Shown here: piece after piece, positions 18,304 through 28,143 of the stretch
Layout of the letters: each line of letters begins with the position of its first letter
Position numbering within the stretch: the stretch's first letter is position 1
DNA from: Bacteroidaceae bacterium
Lineage (GTDB): Bacteria > Bacteroidota > Bacteroidia > Bacteroidales > Bacteroidaceae
NCBI GenBank assembly: GCA_045600825.1
Contig: JAZRYP010000012.1
Location: 3,321 to 67,320 of the forward strand
Direction of reading: 5' to 3'
Length of the DNA stretch: 64,000 nt
The notes under the pieces: model-generated
What the model was told of the DNA's origin: nothing
The model's input: only the letters and a program-made list of their open reading frames with translations
Database searches by the model: none
Position numbers and translations under genes: made by a program

Positions 18304-20610
18304 TCAGAAACGCACGTCAACGGCATTGCCATCGTACTCTATGCTCTTGGTACGGATTGTCTTGCCGTCAATGTAGGTGATATTGAAGCGGCGGGTTTTC
18401 AGCATTCCCTGATACTCGCCGCTGCGTTTTCCTATCGTCAGTTTTGAGCCCCTCAGAGAGAATTCTATTGTCGTGTATTTTCCCTGCTCGTAATTATAGT
18501 TGTCACCCTCATCCTCGTAGAGTGTGAAATTGCCGTTTTCACCGGCAAATACGCGGATTTCAAGGTCATCCCACGGCTTTTCAGAAGCATACTGCACGTC
18601 CGGTCCAACCGGCAGGATCGAGCCTGCCTTGACAAACAGCGGACAATGGTCAATAGAGGCATCGACAGTCACATCCTGACCACCGCTATACAGACGGTTA
18701 TCATAGTAATCGTACCATTTCGTACCCGACGGCAGATACACATCCATCGTTTTGGCCTCAGTCCAGTCGTACTTCTCATCACTCCAGCGGCGTTCCTCGG
18801 TCGTGTAGAGTGCATGAGTAACAGGGGCTACAAGGAGCGAACGTCCGAACATAAACTCATCGTTCATGTCCCAGACCTTGCGGTCAGCCTTGAAATCCAT
18901 CATCAGCGCACGCATAAAGCTGTCATCGTTGCTTGATACCTGCCAGGCGGTACTGTAGATGTAAGGCAGCAGCGAATAGCGCAGCCTGATGGCCTTCCCA
19001 ATGGCATCGTATATCGGCTCCCCCTTCTGACCGAACTCCCAAATCTCGCGACGGGAGGACTCTCCGTGACTGCGCATCATAGGATTGAACACGCCGAACT
19101 GCAGCCAGCGCACATAAAGCTCCTGAAACAGAGGATTACGCGAACAGGTCTGCGTCTGGCCGTACCTGTTGTAGCCGCTCGGGAAAAAACCGCCTATGTC
19201 ACTGTTCACGTATGGACTGCCGGTAAGGGTATAATTCAGACAGAGCGGAATCTGCGCACGGAAGTCATTCCAGGTGGATTGCACATCACCGCTCCAGGTG
19301 TTGGCACCGGTACGCTGCTGGCCGGTAAAGTACGAACGGGTCAGTATGAACACACGCTTGTCGCTGCTCACGGCACGCTGATGGTCATAGACACCCTCCA
19401 CACACATCAGCGGATAGATATTGCGCACACTGCGGAACGAACCCATCGCCGTAGGCTGATCCAGGTCGCTTTCCTTGAAATCGTGATGGTCCGGGTCCGT
19501 AGAATCCATCCACCACGCATCAATGCCGAGATCGTAGAGTTTGGACAGATATTTCCAGTAGATGGCACGCGCCTCATCGCTATACGCATCGTAGCACAAT
19601 ACCCCCGACGGATAATCCATACGCGGAGGCCAGTATTCAGCCAGTCCGCTGTTCGGCCAGGTGAGGAAATCCAGCAGCAGATTCCTGTCGTTCAATTCCC
19701 GGAACTGCTTGGTCTGCGGACCGAACGACTGCCAGATGGATATTGATATATGGGCATTCATCGCGTGAGTCTGTTTCACCATATCCTTCGCATCGGGGAA
19801 CTCCGCATTCAGGAACTCCATTGCGTTCCACAGATAGTTGTTGCCCCAATATTGCCAATCCTGAATGATACCGTCCAACGGCACACCGACGGCACGATAG
19901 CCCTTCACCACATCGAGCAGTTCCTTCTGGCTCTTGTAACGCTCACGGCTCTGGTGGAATCCGTAGGTCCACATCGGAATCATTGGCACCTTGCCAGTGA
20001 GCCAGCGCAGACCTGCCACCACCCCGTCGGCATCGCCCCCATAGATGAAATAGTAGTCTATCGCCTCAGCCACCTGCGAGCTGATGTTCAGCACCCTGCC
20101 GTCATCGCTCCACTCCGTCGGCGAATAATTGTCAACGAAAATTCCGTAGCCTTTTATTGACTGGAAGCAATTGGCGTAATCCTCCGTATTTGACTGTATC
20201 ATAGTGCGGTTCTCGCCACGCTGGCTCATCTTGCCGTTCTGCAGCATACCCACGCCGTATATCGGCTCATCGGCATCGAGAATCCAGCTCTGGCCGGCCT
20301 TCCAGGCACCTTTGTCTATACCGGACTCTATCGGTTCGAAGTTGCTCGGGCCCTCCTGAAGCAGCACATGTCCCTTGGCATCCATAAATGTGACAACGCC
20401 ACCCCGGCCGATTGCAACCTTTATCTCCGGTCTCTCCACATCCTGCGGCTGAGCCGTGACAGACACGCTCGGCGACATACGGAACTCTCCTACCGTCTTC
20501 TCTATCCTTACTATACGGGGCGTATAGTACGACACCCTGACCTGAACGTCCTGCGCCGCCACGACCAATGCCATCACCGCCGCGACAATGAATACAGACA
20601 ATCTACGCAT
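18304..20610 (-). CDS. Glycoside hydrolase family 31 (alpha-glucosidase/alpha-xylosidase-like)
   Basis: Signal peptide. GH31 nucleophile region GIDAWWMDSTDPD. Acid/base region TWSGDVQSTW. NPMMRSHG is present. Confidence 0.85.
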   Translation of the reverse strand: MRRLSVFIVAAVMALVVAAQDVQVRVSYYTPRIVRIEKTVGEFRMSPSVSVTAQPQDVERPEIKVAIGRGGVVTFMDAKGHVLLQEGPSNFEPIESGIDKGAWKAGQSWILDADEPIYGVGMLQNGKMSQRGENRTMIQSNTEDYANCFQSIKGYGIFVDNYSPTEWSDDGRVLNISSQVAEAIDYYFIYGGDADGVVAGLRWLTGKVPMIPMWTYGFHQSRERYKSQKELLDVVKGYRAVGVPLDGIIQDWQYWGNNYLWNAMEFLNAEFPDAKDMVKQTHAMNAHISISIWQSFGPQTKQFRELNDRNLLLDFLTWPNSGLAEYWPPRMDYPSGVLCYDAYSDEARAIYWKYLSKLYDLGIDAWWMDSTDPDHHDFKESDLDQPTAMGSFRSVRNIYPLMCVEGVYDHQRAVSSDKRVFILTRSYFTGQQRTGANTWSGDVQSTWNDFRAQIPLCLNYTLTGSPYVNSDIGGFFPSGYNRYGQTQTCSRNPLFQELYVRWLQFGVFNPMMRSHGESSRREIWEFGQKGEPIYDAIGKAIRLRYSLLPYIYSTAWQVSSNDDSFMRALMMDFKADRKVWDMNDEFMFGRSLLVAPVTHALYTTEERRWSDEKYDWTEAKTMDVYLPSGTKWYDYYDNRLYSGGQDVTVDASIDHCPLFVKAGSILPVGPDVQYASEKPWDDLEIRVFAGENGNFTLYEDEGDNYNYEQGKYTTIEFSLRGSKLTIGKRSGEYQGMLKTRRFNITYIDGKTIRTKSIEYDGNAVDVRF

Positions 20611-20659
20611 AATATCCGGTTGTTTTTATTACTGACGACAAACATACACAAATTGCGAG

Positions 20660-20667
20660 TATCTTTG
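20660..20667 (+). promoter_or_regulatory. Candidate -7 box (TATCTTTG) upstream of the CBM9-like lipoprotein gene
   Basis: Matches TAnnTTTG, 27 nt upstream of the ATG at 20695, in the divergent GH31/CBM9-like intergenic region. Confidence 0.3.
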
Positions 20668-20694
20668 TATTCCAAAGACAGTAATTCAGGCAAT

Positions 20695-21447
20695 ATGATG
20701 AAAAGACTGACATTTCCATTGATCGTTATCCTATCAATATCTGTGATATGCGGATGTGAAAAGGATAGTACAAACGGACAGGAGATACCTGAGGGCGCTA
20801 TTGCAGCAGAGAAGATTTCCGTGTCCGGCATACGTGCAAGCGAGATACCAGAAATATTCGCTTCCTGCGGAGTGACGTACAATGCCGTATCGGTCCTTAA
20901 CTGGCCTGAGAAATATCCTTATCTGCCGGAGGTGGATTTTGCCATTGCGCACAACGGAAGCAATATACTGATTCACTATCGGGTGACAGAGAAGAGGACT
21001 GTCGGCACTATGGAGAACGATTTGGACCCGGTATATAAAGAATCCTGCTGTGAGCTGTTCTGTATGGAAGAAGGTGACAGCCTGTACTACAACATCGAAT
21101 CAAACTGCATCGGCTCAATACTTATGGAGTGCGGCACAGGACGTGACAGCAGAGAGACATCAACGCTTACGAACCTGCAGAAGATTGACCGCTGGGCCTC
21201 ATTGGGCAGAAGTTCAGTCGGTACCATTGCCAGTGAAAAACATTGGGAACTCGCACTTGTCATACCGCTATCCGCATTCTGGCGGCATACGTACGGAACT
21301 CCTGACGGAAAAACATTCCTTGCCAATATCCACAACTGCGTAGGCAGCGGCGATGACCGCCAGTACGTCACGTGGTCGCCGATCGGGACGGAGAATCCAG
21401 ACTTTCATCGTCCGGAATATTTCAGACGCATATATTTTAAAAAGTAG
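20695..21447 (+). CDS. CBM9-like carbohydrate-binding lipoprotein
   Basis: Lipoprotein signal MMKRLTFPLIVILSISVICGC at the first ATG outside the GH31 gene. The body resembles CBM9-like proteins (LNWPEKYPYLPEVDFAIAHNG.., PDFHRPEYF). Family assignment is from memory only. Confidence 0.5.
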   Translation: MMKRLTFPLIVILSISVICGCEKDSTNGQEIPEGAIAAEKISVSGIRASEIPEIFASCGVTYNAVSVLNWPEKYPYLPEVDFAIAHNGSNILIHYRVTEKRTVGTMENDLDPVYKESCCELFCMEEGDSLYYNIESNCIGSILMECGTGRDSRETSTLTNLQKIDRWASLGRSSVGTIASEKHWELALVIPLSAFWRHTYGTPDGKTFLANIHNCVGSGDDRQYVTWSPIGTENPDFHRPEYFRRIYFKK

Positions 21448-21467
21448 TATCTTTACGGATTAAATGA

Positions 21468-22553
21468 ATGACTATGGACATGAAACTTAGAGATAACTGT
21501 AAATACGCACTCCTGGTGCCGACGAGTATGGGACTGCGTGTCACACCGGAAAACGGCCAGCCTATACAGTGCAGCGACGTGCTTCACTTGCAGGCTACCA
21601 GTGCAGAGACCAATGTGGCAAGCATCGCATCTTATTTGGGAATGCCGGTCAAAGTGCTGACGACATTCGTTCAGGGGAGTCCGTTCTCGGCCTTCATCAA
21701 GGCCAGTCTGCGCAGCCGCGGAATGGATTTCGAGGGTGTGGATGTACCCCAGGGAGGCCCCTGGGGCCACCGTCATCAGATTAATGTGGCAGACAGCGGC
21801 TACGGTTCGCGCGGACCGAGAGTCTGGAACGACCGTGCCGGCGAGGTGGGACGCACATTGAACGTAAAGGATTTTGACCTGGACCGCATATTCGGACAGG
21901 AGGGAGTGCAGATAGTACACCTGTCCGGCCTCATCGGAGCTCTCAGCCCGGAGACCAGCCGATTCTGTCTGGAAATAGCACGTGCAGCAAAGAAATACGG
22001 CACACGAATCAGCTTCGATCTGAATTACCGCGCATCATTCTGGCAGGGACGCGAGCAGGAACTGCACGATATATTCTCAGAGATATGCAGCATAAGCGAC
22101 ATTCTGATAGGAAATGAGGAGGACTTCCAGCTCTGTCTCGGCATTGAGGGGCCGGAGGCAGGAGGCAAGGACATCGCAGCCAAGATAGGCGGATTCAAAG
22201 AGATGATAAACCGTGTCAAGGCACAGTATCCCAACGCCCAGGTGTTCGCCACGACACTCCGTCAGGTGGAAAACACGAACAGTCACAACTGGGGAGCGAT
22301 AATGCTTGAGGGCGACACCTGGCACATTGTAGAGCCACGCAGCATCCACGTTCTGGACCGCATAGGCGGAGGCGACGGATTCGTAGGCGGACTGCTCTAC
22401 GCAATACTCAAAGGCTGGGAACCGGAGAAATGGATTCAGTTCGGCTGGGCCACAGGCGCGCTTGCCACGACTTTCCTCACGGACTATGCCCAGCCTGCCG
22501 ACGAGGAACAGGTATGGAGCGTGTGGGCCGGCAATGCCCGTGTAAAGAGATAG
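21468..22553 (+). CDS. kdgK: PfkB-family sugar kinase, probably 2-dehydro-3-deoxygluconokinase
   Basis: PfkB signature DRIGGGDGFVGGLLY. The 361-aa length is typical of Bacteroidales KdgK. Hexuronate genes lie nearby. Confidence 0.65.
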   Translation: MTMDMKLRDNCKYALLVPTSMGLRVTPENGQPIQCSDVLHLQATSAETNVASIASYLGMPVKVLTTFVQGSPFSAFIKASLRSRGMDFEGVDVPQGGPWGHRHQINVADSGYGSRGPRVWNDRAGEVGRTLNVKDFDLDRIFGQEGVQIVHLSGLIGALSPETSRFCLEIARAAKKYGTRISFDLNYRASFWQGREQELHDIFSEICSISDILIGNEEDFQLCLGIEGPEAGGKDIAAKIGGFKEMINRVKAQYPNAQVFATTLRQVENTNSHNWGAIMLEGDTWHIVEPRSIHVLDRIGGGDGFVGGLLYAILKGWEPEKWIQFGWATGALATTFLTDYAQPADEEQVWSVWAGNARVKR

Positions 22554-22565
22554 TCCGCACAGGTT

Positions 22566-23843
22566 ATGCTGTACTTTGCAAGAGGTTCCAGGAACGATGT
22601 CATCACCCCTGACGAGGTGCGTGCCATTCTGAAAGATGTGTTTGACGGAATGGGGCCGAAGAAGCGCGTACTCGCTCTCCCACCCGATTTCACAAGGGCA
22701 AATTCGTATGCAGGACCTATTACGGAAATGGCCTATGACTATTTCCAGAATAGACTTACAGACATTATGCCGGCGTTGGGGACACACACTCCAATGACCG
22801 TCACACAGATATCGGCAATGTTCGGGCACACTCCGCACAGCCTGTTCCGCGTACACGACTGGCGCAACGATGTGGTGACAGTCGGCGAAGTGCCTGCGGA
22901 ATATATAAACAAGGTGAGCGAAGGCCGTCTGAGCTACAGCTGGAAGGCTCAGGTCAATAAGCTGCTGCTAGACCCCAACTTTGACCTGATACTGTCGATA
23001 GGCCAGGTGGTGCCCCACGAGGTTATCGGAATGGCCAATTACAACAAGAACATATTCGTAGGCGTAGGCGGTGCCGAAGGCATCAACAAGAGCCATTTCA
23101 TAGGTGCAAGCTATGGAATGGAGCGCATTATGGGACGCGCAAAAACGCCTGTGCGCGATGTGCTGGAATATGCCTCACAGCATTTTATCAGCCATCTGCC
23201 TATAGTCTATATCCAGACCGTACTGTCAAAGGACGACAACGGCACGATGAGACTGCGCGGCCTGTTCATCGGAGATGATTTTGAATGTTTCCAGCGCGCA
23301 TCGGATCTGGCACTTGAGACGAATTTCATAATGGTTGACAAGCCTATACGCAAATGTCTGGTATGGCTGGACCCGGAGGAATTCAAGAGCACCTGGCTCG
23401 GTAACAAGGCCATCTACCGCACACGTATGGCTCTGGCCGACGATGCTGAGCTTATCATTATGGCCCCTGCGCTCAGGGAGTTCGGTGAGGACACGACCAT
23501 AGACCGTCTGATACGCAAATACGGCTATCGCGGCACACCTGCCACACTGAAGGCCGTCAATGATAATACAGACCTGCAGGACAATCTCGGTGCGGCCGCC
23601 CATCTGATACACGGTTCGAGCGAAGGACGTTTCAGCATCACATACTGTCCGGGGTCGGAAATGTCCAAGGCGGAAATTGAAAGTGTAGGATTCAACTACG
23701 GAGACCTTAACAGTATATTGGAGAAATACAAACCGGGGAATATGCACGACGGATGGAACATCACTGCCGGCGGAGAGGAGATTTATTACATATCCAATCC
23801 AGCGCTTGGCCTGTGGGCGCACCCCGACAGATTCTCCGACTGA
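22566..23843 (+). CDS. LarA-like (DUF2088, lactate-racemase superfamily) protein
   Basis: 425 aa (LarA is ~424 aa). Hand alignment to remembered LarA gives PPDFTRA vs SDHTRP, PHEVIGMANYNKNIF vs SHFFAGFSGGRKSVL (Lys aligned), and INKSH vs MANH. Confidence 0.5.
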   Translation: MLYFARGSRNDVITPDEVRAILKDVFDGMGPKKRVLALPPDFTRANSYAGPITEMAYDYFQNRLTDIMPALGTHTPMTVTQISAMFGHTPHSLFRVHDWRNDVVTVGEVPAEYINKVSEGRLSYSWKAQVNKLLLDPNFDLILSIGQVVPHEVIGMANYNKNIFVGVGGAEGINKSHFIGASYGMERIMGRAKTPVRDVLEYASQHFISHLPIVYIQTVLSKDDNGTMRLRGLFIGDDFECFQRASDLALETNFIMVDKPIRKCLVWLDPEEFKSTWLGNKAIYRTRMALADDAELIIMAPALREFGEDTTIDRLIRKYGYRGTPATLKAVNDNTDLQDNLGAAAHLIHGSSEGRFSITYCPGSEMSKAEIESVGFNYGDLNSILEKYKPGNMHDGWNITAGGEEIYYISNPALGLWAHPDRFSD

Positions 23844-23870
23844 CAACTGACTTAGAACCTGTTTTTTAAT

Positions 23871-25007
23871 ATGAAGATAGTCTGTGACAACAAGATACCT
23901 TTTCTGAAAGGAGCCCTGGAGCCTTACGCCGATGTAGTGTATCGGCCAGGCAGTGAGACTACGGCTGATATAGTACACGATGCCGACGCTCTCATAACAC
24001 GCACACGCACCAAATGTAATGAAGCTCTGCTGAAAGGCTCGTCCGTAAAGATGATTGCCACCGCGACAATCGGGTTCGACCACATTGACACCGTTTGGTG
24101 TGAGCGGAACGGCATCAGCTGGACCAATGCACCGGGCTGCAACTCGTGGTCCGTACAGCAGTACATTGCCTCATTGCTCGTGACTATGGCCTCGGAAATG
24201 GGTTTCAACTGCTCCGACAGGACTCTTGGAGTTATAGGTGTGGGCAACGTAGGCAGCAAGGTTGCAAAGATAGCAGCCACACTCGGTTTCAAGGTTCTGC
24301 TGAACGATCCGCCCCGCGCACGCAAGGAAGGAAATGACGGTTTTGTTTCATTGGACGAACTTGTCAGCAGAAGTGACATCATAACCTGCCACGTGCCATT
24401 GCAGCGCGAGGGAGAAGATGCCACATACCACCTATTTGATAGAGAGCGCATCGCCAGCCTTCGCAAGGACCAGATTCTGATAAACAGTTCCAGAGGCGAA
24501 GTCGTTGACAACATCGCCCTGAAGGAAGCATTGGGAAGCGGTTCCATCAAAGCTGCATCGCTCGATGTCTGGGAGAACGAGCCGGACATTGACCGCAAGT
24601 TGCTTGGTATGCTGTTTACTGCTACCCCACACATAGCAGGATACTCGCTCGACGGCAAGGCCAACGGTACCTGGATGAGCGTGCAGGCTGTCGGCCGTGC
24701 ACTCGACCTGCCGTGCAAGGACTGGAAAGTAAAGGAGATTCCCCTGCCGGCACAGCCTGTGGAATTCTGCCTGGATGCAAGCGGAAAGAGTTTCCAGCAG
24801 GTGATGACAGAGGCAATACTTTATACATACCGCATCCGCGAAGATGACGGCAGGCTCAGGGAGAATCCGTCGGAATTCGAGCGTCAGCGCGCAGACTATC
24901 CTGTACGCCGCGAGTTCCCGGCATTCACCATCCGCCTGTCAGGAGCCGACAGACGTATGCAGCAGGCTCTGAATGAGATTGGCTTCAATTTGATTATTAA
25001 GGATTAA
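23871..25007 (+). CDS. pdxB: 4-phosphoerythronate dehydrogenase
   Basis: MKIVCDNKIPFLKGALEPY N-terminus. D-2-hydroxyacid dehydrogenase NAD site GVIGVGNVGSKV. ~378 aa with a C-terminal dimerisation extension typical of PdxB. Confidence 0.8.
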   Translation: MKIVCDNKIPFLKGALEPYADVVYRPGSETTADIVHDADALITRTRTKCNEALLKGSSVKMIATATIGFDHIDTVWCERNGISWTNAPGCNSWSVQQYIASLLVTMASEMGFNCSDRTLGVIGVGNVGSKVAKIAATLGFKVLLNDPPRARKEGNDGFVSLDELVSRSDIITCHVPLQREGEDATYHLFDRERIASLRKDQILINSSRGEVVDNIALKEALGSGSIKAASLDVWENEPDIDRKLLGMLFTATPHIAGYSLDGKANGTWMSVQAVGRALDLPCKDWKVKEIPLPAQPVEFCLDASGKSFQQVMTEAILYTYRIREDDGRLRENPSEFERQRADYPVRREFPAFTIRLSGADRRMQQALNEIGFNLIIKD

Positions 25008-25013
25008 CAATAT

Positions 25014-26477
25014 ATGACTATGAAAGAAGTTTCCGACATTGGCCTGATAGGTCTGGCTGTAATGGGAGAAAACCTTGTTCTGAATATGGAGAGCAAGGGA
25101 TTTCACGTGAGCGTATTCAACCGCACCACATCGAAGGTGGAGAATTTCATCAACGGACGCGGTAAGGGCAGGAACATTTACGGAGCAATGACGCTTGAGG
25201 ATTTCATAGCATCACTGAAACGCCCGCGCAAGGTGTTCCTGATGGTGAAGGCCGGACAGGCTGTAGATGATTTCATTGACAAGCTGATACCGCTTCTGGA
25301 GCCAGGCGACGTAATCATTGACGGCGGCAACACGCATTTCCCGGACACCGCACGACGCACGGCTTACGTGGAGAGCAAAGGACTGTTATACATAGGTACG
25401 GGAGTATCAGGCGGCGAGGAAGGTGCCCTGAAAGGACCGAGCATGATGCCCGGAGGCTCACCCAATGCCTGGCCTGTCGTCAAGCCCATATTCCAGAGTA
25501 TCTGCGCCAAGGTGGAGGACGGAAGTCCGTGCTGCGACTGGGTTGGCGAAGGCGGTGCCGGCCACTTCGTTAAGATGGTTCACAACGGTATTGAATACGG
25601 CGACATCCAGTTGATATGCGAGTGCTATCAGATAATGAAGGATATACTCGGAATGAGCAACGAGGAGATGCACAGGACATTCGCCGAATGGAACAAGGGC
25701 GATCTGGACTCCTACCTTATTGAAATCACACGCGACATACTGGCCAAGAAAGACGCGGACGGCCGCTACGTGCTGGACTATATTCTCGATACAGCCGGTC
25801 AGAAAGGCACTGGCAAATGGACAGCCATCTCCGCGCTGGACGAGGGTATTCCGCTGACACTTATCGGTGAAGCCGTATTCGCACGCTGTCTGTCAGCACA
25901 GAAGGAGGAGCGTGTGGAGGCAAGCAGGATACTCGCAGGTCCGAAACCGACTGTATTCAATGGTGACAAGGCTGCATTGCTGGAGGATTTGCGCAAAGCC
26001 CTGTTCGCAGCCAAGATCGTATCGTATGCACAAGGCTATGCACTGATGCGCGCTGCCGCCAAGGAATACGGCTGGAATCTGAACTACGGCGGCATAGCCC
26101 TGATGTGGCGCGGAGGATGCATCATACGCAGTGTGTTCCTCGGTAAGATAAAGGATGCCTTCACCGGGAATCCGGAGTTGGCGAACCTGATGCTCGACGG
26201 GTATTTCCGCGACAAGCTGGCCGAGGCCCAGCAGAGCTGGCGCAAGGTTCTGTCGCTCGCCATCACCAACGGAGTTCCGGCACCTACTCTCTCTGCCGCC
26301 CTTGAATATTACGACGGCTACCGTTGCGGACGACTGCCTGCAAATCTGCTGCAGGCACAGCGAGACTTCTTCGGAGCACACACATACGAGCGCACCGACA
26401 AGCCACGCGGTGAGTTCTTCCATACCAACTGGACAGGACACGGAGGCGACACTGTAGCCGGGACATACACGGCATAG
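25014..26477 (+). CDS. gnd: 6-phosphogluconate dehydrogenase (decarboxylating)
   Basis: [21 protein letters not shown] site. [28 protein letters not shown]-like and [11 protein letters not shown] are present. Confidence 0.93.
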   Translation: MTMKEVSDIGLIGLAVMGENLVLNMESKGFHVSVFNRTTSKVENFINGRGKGRNIYGAMTLEDFIASLKRPRKVFLMVKAGQAVDDFIDKLIPLLEPGDVIIDGGNTHFPDTARRTAYVESKGLLYIGTGVSGGEEGALKGPSMMPGGSPNAWPVVKPIFQSICAKVEDGSPCCDWVGEGGAGHFVKMVHNGIEYGDIQLICECYQIMKDILGMSNEEMHRTFAEWNKGDLDSYLIEITRDILAKKDADGRYVLDYILDTAGQKGTGKWTAISALDEGIPLTLIGEAVFARCLSAQKEERVEASRILAGPKPTVFNGDKAALLEDLRKALFAAKIVSYAQGYALMRAAAKEYGWNLNYGGIALMWRGGCIIRSVFLGKIKDAFTGNPELANLMLDGYFRDKLAEAQQSWRKVLSLAITNGVPAPTLSAALEYYDGYRCGRLPANLLQAQRDFFGAHTYERTDKPRGEFFHTNWTGHGGDTVAGTYTA

Positions 26478-26503
26478 AAAATGAGGAATATGTTATCGCA
26501 TAC

Positions 26504-26533
26504 AAAAAAGGAGGTCGAAAAACCTCCTTTTTT
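26504..26533. terminator. Bidirectional Rho-independent terminator between gnd and tRNA-Lys
   Basis: An A6 run precedes the stem GGAGGT (26510-26515). The loop is cgaaaa. The other stem arm is ACCTCC (26522-26527), followed by T6. It reads as a hairpin plus U-tract on both strands. Confidence 0.7.
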
Positions 26534-26534
26534 G

Positions 26535-26607
26535 TACGCGATCAGGGATTCGAACCCTGGACCCATTGATTAAGAGTCAATTGCTCTACCAACTGAGCTA
26601 ATCGCGC
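26535..26607 (-). tRNA. tRNA-Lys (anticodon CTT)
   Basis: The reverse complement GCGCGATTAGCTCAGTTGGTAGAGCAATTGACTCTTAATCAATGGGTCCAGGGTTCGAATCCCTGATCGCGTA folds as a 73-nt cloverleaf. It has a 7-bp acceptor, D arm GCTC/GAGC, anticodon stem ATTGA/TCAAT with loop CT-CTT-AA, and T arm CAGGG-TTCGAAT-CCCTG. CCA is not encoded. Confidence 0.9.
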
Positions 26608-26632
26608 ATCAAGCTCTCTCTCAAAAGCGGTG

Positions 26633-26663
26633 CAAAGTTATGAAATATTTTGATTATTCCAAA
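26633..26663 (-). promoter_or_regulatory. Bacteroidetes sigma-A type promoter for tRNA-Lys (-33 TTTG, 19-nt spacer, -7 TAACTTTG)
   Basis: On the minus strand: TTTG (26663-26660), a 19-nt spacer, then TAACTTTG (26640-26633). This is 26 nt upstream of the mature tRNA 5' end. Confidence 0.55.
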
Positions 26664-26718
26664 GCATACAGCTTTTTTTTGAACTTATTTTTTACGCTTA
26701 CCAAGCAGGAGTCTGACG

Positions 26719-28125
26719 TCAGAAACGGAAGAATCTCTTCGCATTGTAGTAAGAGATATCCTCTACCATACGCTCCACCCTGTTCATCTCAGACATAGGT
26801 ATCTCACCCTTCTCCACATCGTCTGCTATGAGATTGCATAGTATGCGTCTGAAATACTCGTGACGCGGATATGACACAAATGAGCGGCTGTCCGTCAACA
26901 TTCCGACAAAACGGCTCAACAAGCCCATCACGCTCAGCGTGTTCATCTGCTCCTCCATACCCTTTTTCTGGTCACAGAACCACCATCCTGCTCCAAACTG
27001 AATCTTACCCGGCACGCTTCCGTCCTGGAAATTGCCTATCATTGCGGCAACTACGGCATTATCGCTCGGATTGAGATTATAGATGATAGTCTTGGTCAGT
27101 TTTCCTATACTGTTCAATCTGTCCAGGAAACCTGCCATCTGCTTTGCATCGGCACACGGACCTATTGAATCAAATCCCGTATCAGGGCCTATCTGATTGA
27201 ACATCTTGGAATTGTTATTACGGATAGGGCCATAATGGAACTGCTGTGTCCACCCGGTATCGGCATCCATCTTGCCGAACTCAAGCATCATTGCAGTCTT
27301 GAACTTGGCCGTCTCCAGAGCGTCAAGTTCGTTACCTTTCTTATATACCTTCTTGAAAATGGCCTCAATCTCATTATCCGTAAACTGCTCATTGTAGAAT
27401 CCCTCCATTCCGTGATCGCTCAGACGGCAACCCTGCTCCTCGAAGAACTTATGGCGTACTGTAAGAGCATCCACCACATCCTGGAATGAGCCTATCTTAA
27501 CTCCACTGACCTTGGACAGCAGGTCTATGTACTGACGGTACGCCTCAGGATTCTCTACAGCCATTGCCTTGTCAGGACGCCAGGTCGGCAACACCTTAAC
27601 CTTGAACTTTTCATTACGGGTCTTGGTATGATATTCCAGGGAATCAACCGGGTCATCCGTTGTACAGACCGTCTCGACATTATACTTCAGCATCAGGTTA
27701 CGTGCGGAGTATTCAGGACTGAGCAGCATCTCGTTGCATTTGTCGTATATACGGCGGGCATTCTTCGCATTCAGAGTATCCTCAATGCCGAAACAGGTCT
27801 TGAGTTCCAGATGAGTCCAGTGATACAGGGGATTACGAAGCAGGTACGGTACCGTTTCCGCCCATTTCTGGAATTTCTCCCAATCCGAGGCATTCCCTGT
27901 AATATAATGCTCCGACACGCCATTTGAACGAAGGGCACGCCACTTGTAATGGTCCTCCGACAGCCACAGTTCCGTAATCGAACCGAAACGATGGTCCTCA
28001 GCCACCATTTTTGGATTCAGATGACAATGATAATCTATTATGGGCAAGTTCTCTGCGTGATTATGAAACAGATGCACAGCCGTATCAGAATGAAGCAGAA
28101 AATTGTCATGAATGAAAGGCTTCAT
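26719..28125 (-). CDS. uxaC: Glucuronate isomerase
   Basis: Classic N-terminus FIHDNFLL..LPIIDYHCHL. 468 aa, full-length UxaC-like. Confidence 0.92.
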   Translation of the reverse strand: MKPFIHDNFLLHSDTAVHLFHNHAENLPIIDYHCHLNPKMVAEDHRFGSITELWLSEDHYKWRALRSNGVSEHYITGNASDWEKFQKWAETVPYLLRNPLYHWTHLELKTCFGIEDTLNAKNARRIYDKCNEMLLSPEYSARNLMLKYNVETVCTTDDPVDSLEYHTKTRNEKFKVKVLPTWRPDKAMAVENPEAYRQYIDLLSKVSGVKIGSFQDVVDALTVRHKFFEEQGCRLSDHGMEGFYNEQFTDNEIEAIFKKVYKKGNELDALETAKFKTAMMLEFGKMDADTGWTQQFHYGPIRNNNSKMFNQIGPDTGFDSIGPCADAKQMAGFLDRLNSIGKLTKTIIYNLNPSDNAVVAAMIGNFQDGSVPGKIQFGAGWWFCDQKKGMEEQMNTLSVMGLLSRFVGMLTDSRSFVSYPRHEYFRRILCNLIADDVEKGEIPMSEMNRVERMVEDISYYNAKRFFRF

Positions 28126-28143
28126 ATTATATAAATTATGTGG

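Noticed and set aside
20368-20694. The N-terminal 109-aa extension of track ORF 20368-21447, which overlaps the 5' end of the GH31 gene.
   Set aside because: The extension has no signal or domain features. A perfect lipoprotein signal (MMKRLTFPLIVILSISVICGC) starts at the first ATG beyond the GH31 gene (20695), preceded by a TAnnTTTG box.
26478-26718. tRNA-Lys as a possible integration site or genomic-island boundary.
   Set aside because: No integrase or recombinase is nearby. I could see no direct repeat of the tRNA 3' end. The flanking genes (gnd, uxaC) are ordinary metabolic genes with host-like composition.
26712-26723. Perfect 12-nt palindrome TCTGACGTCAGA overlapping the uxaC stop codon.
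   Set aside because: It is short, isolated and has no second copy in the window. It is too short for a stable terminator stem and there is no evidence that it is an operator. It is probably chance.
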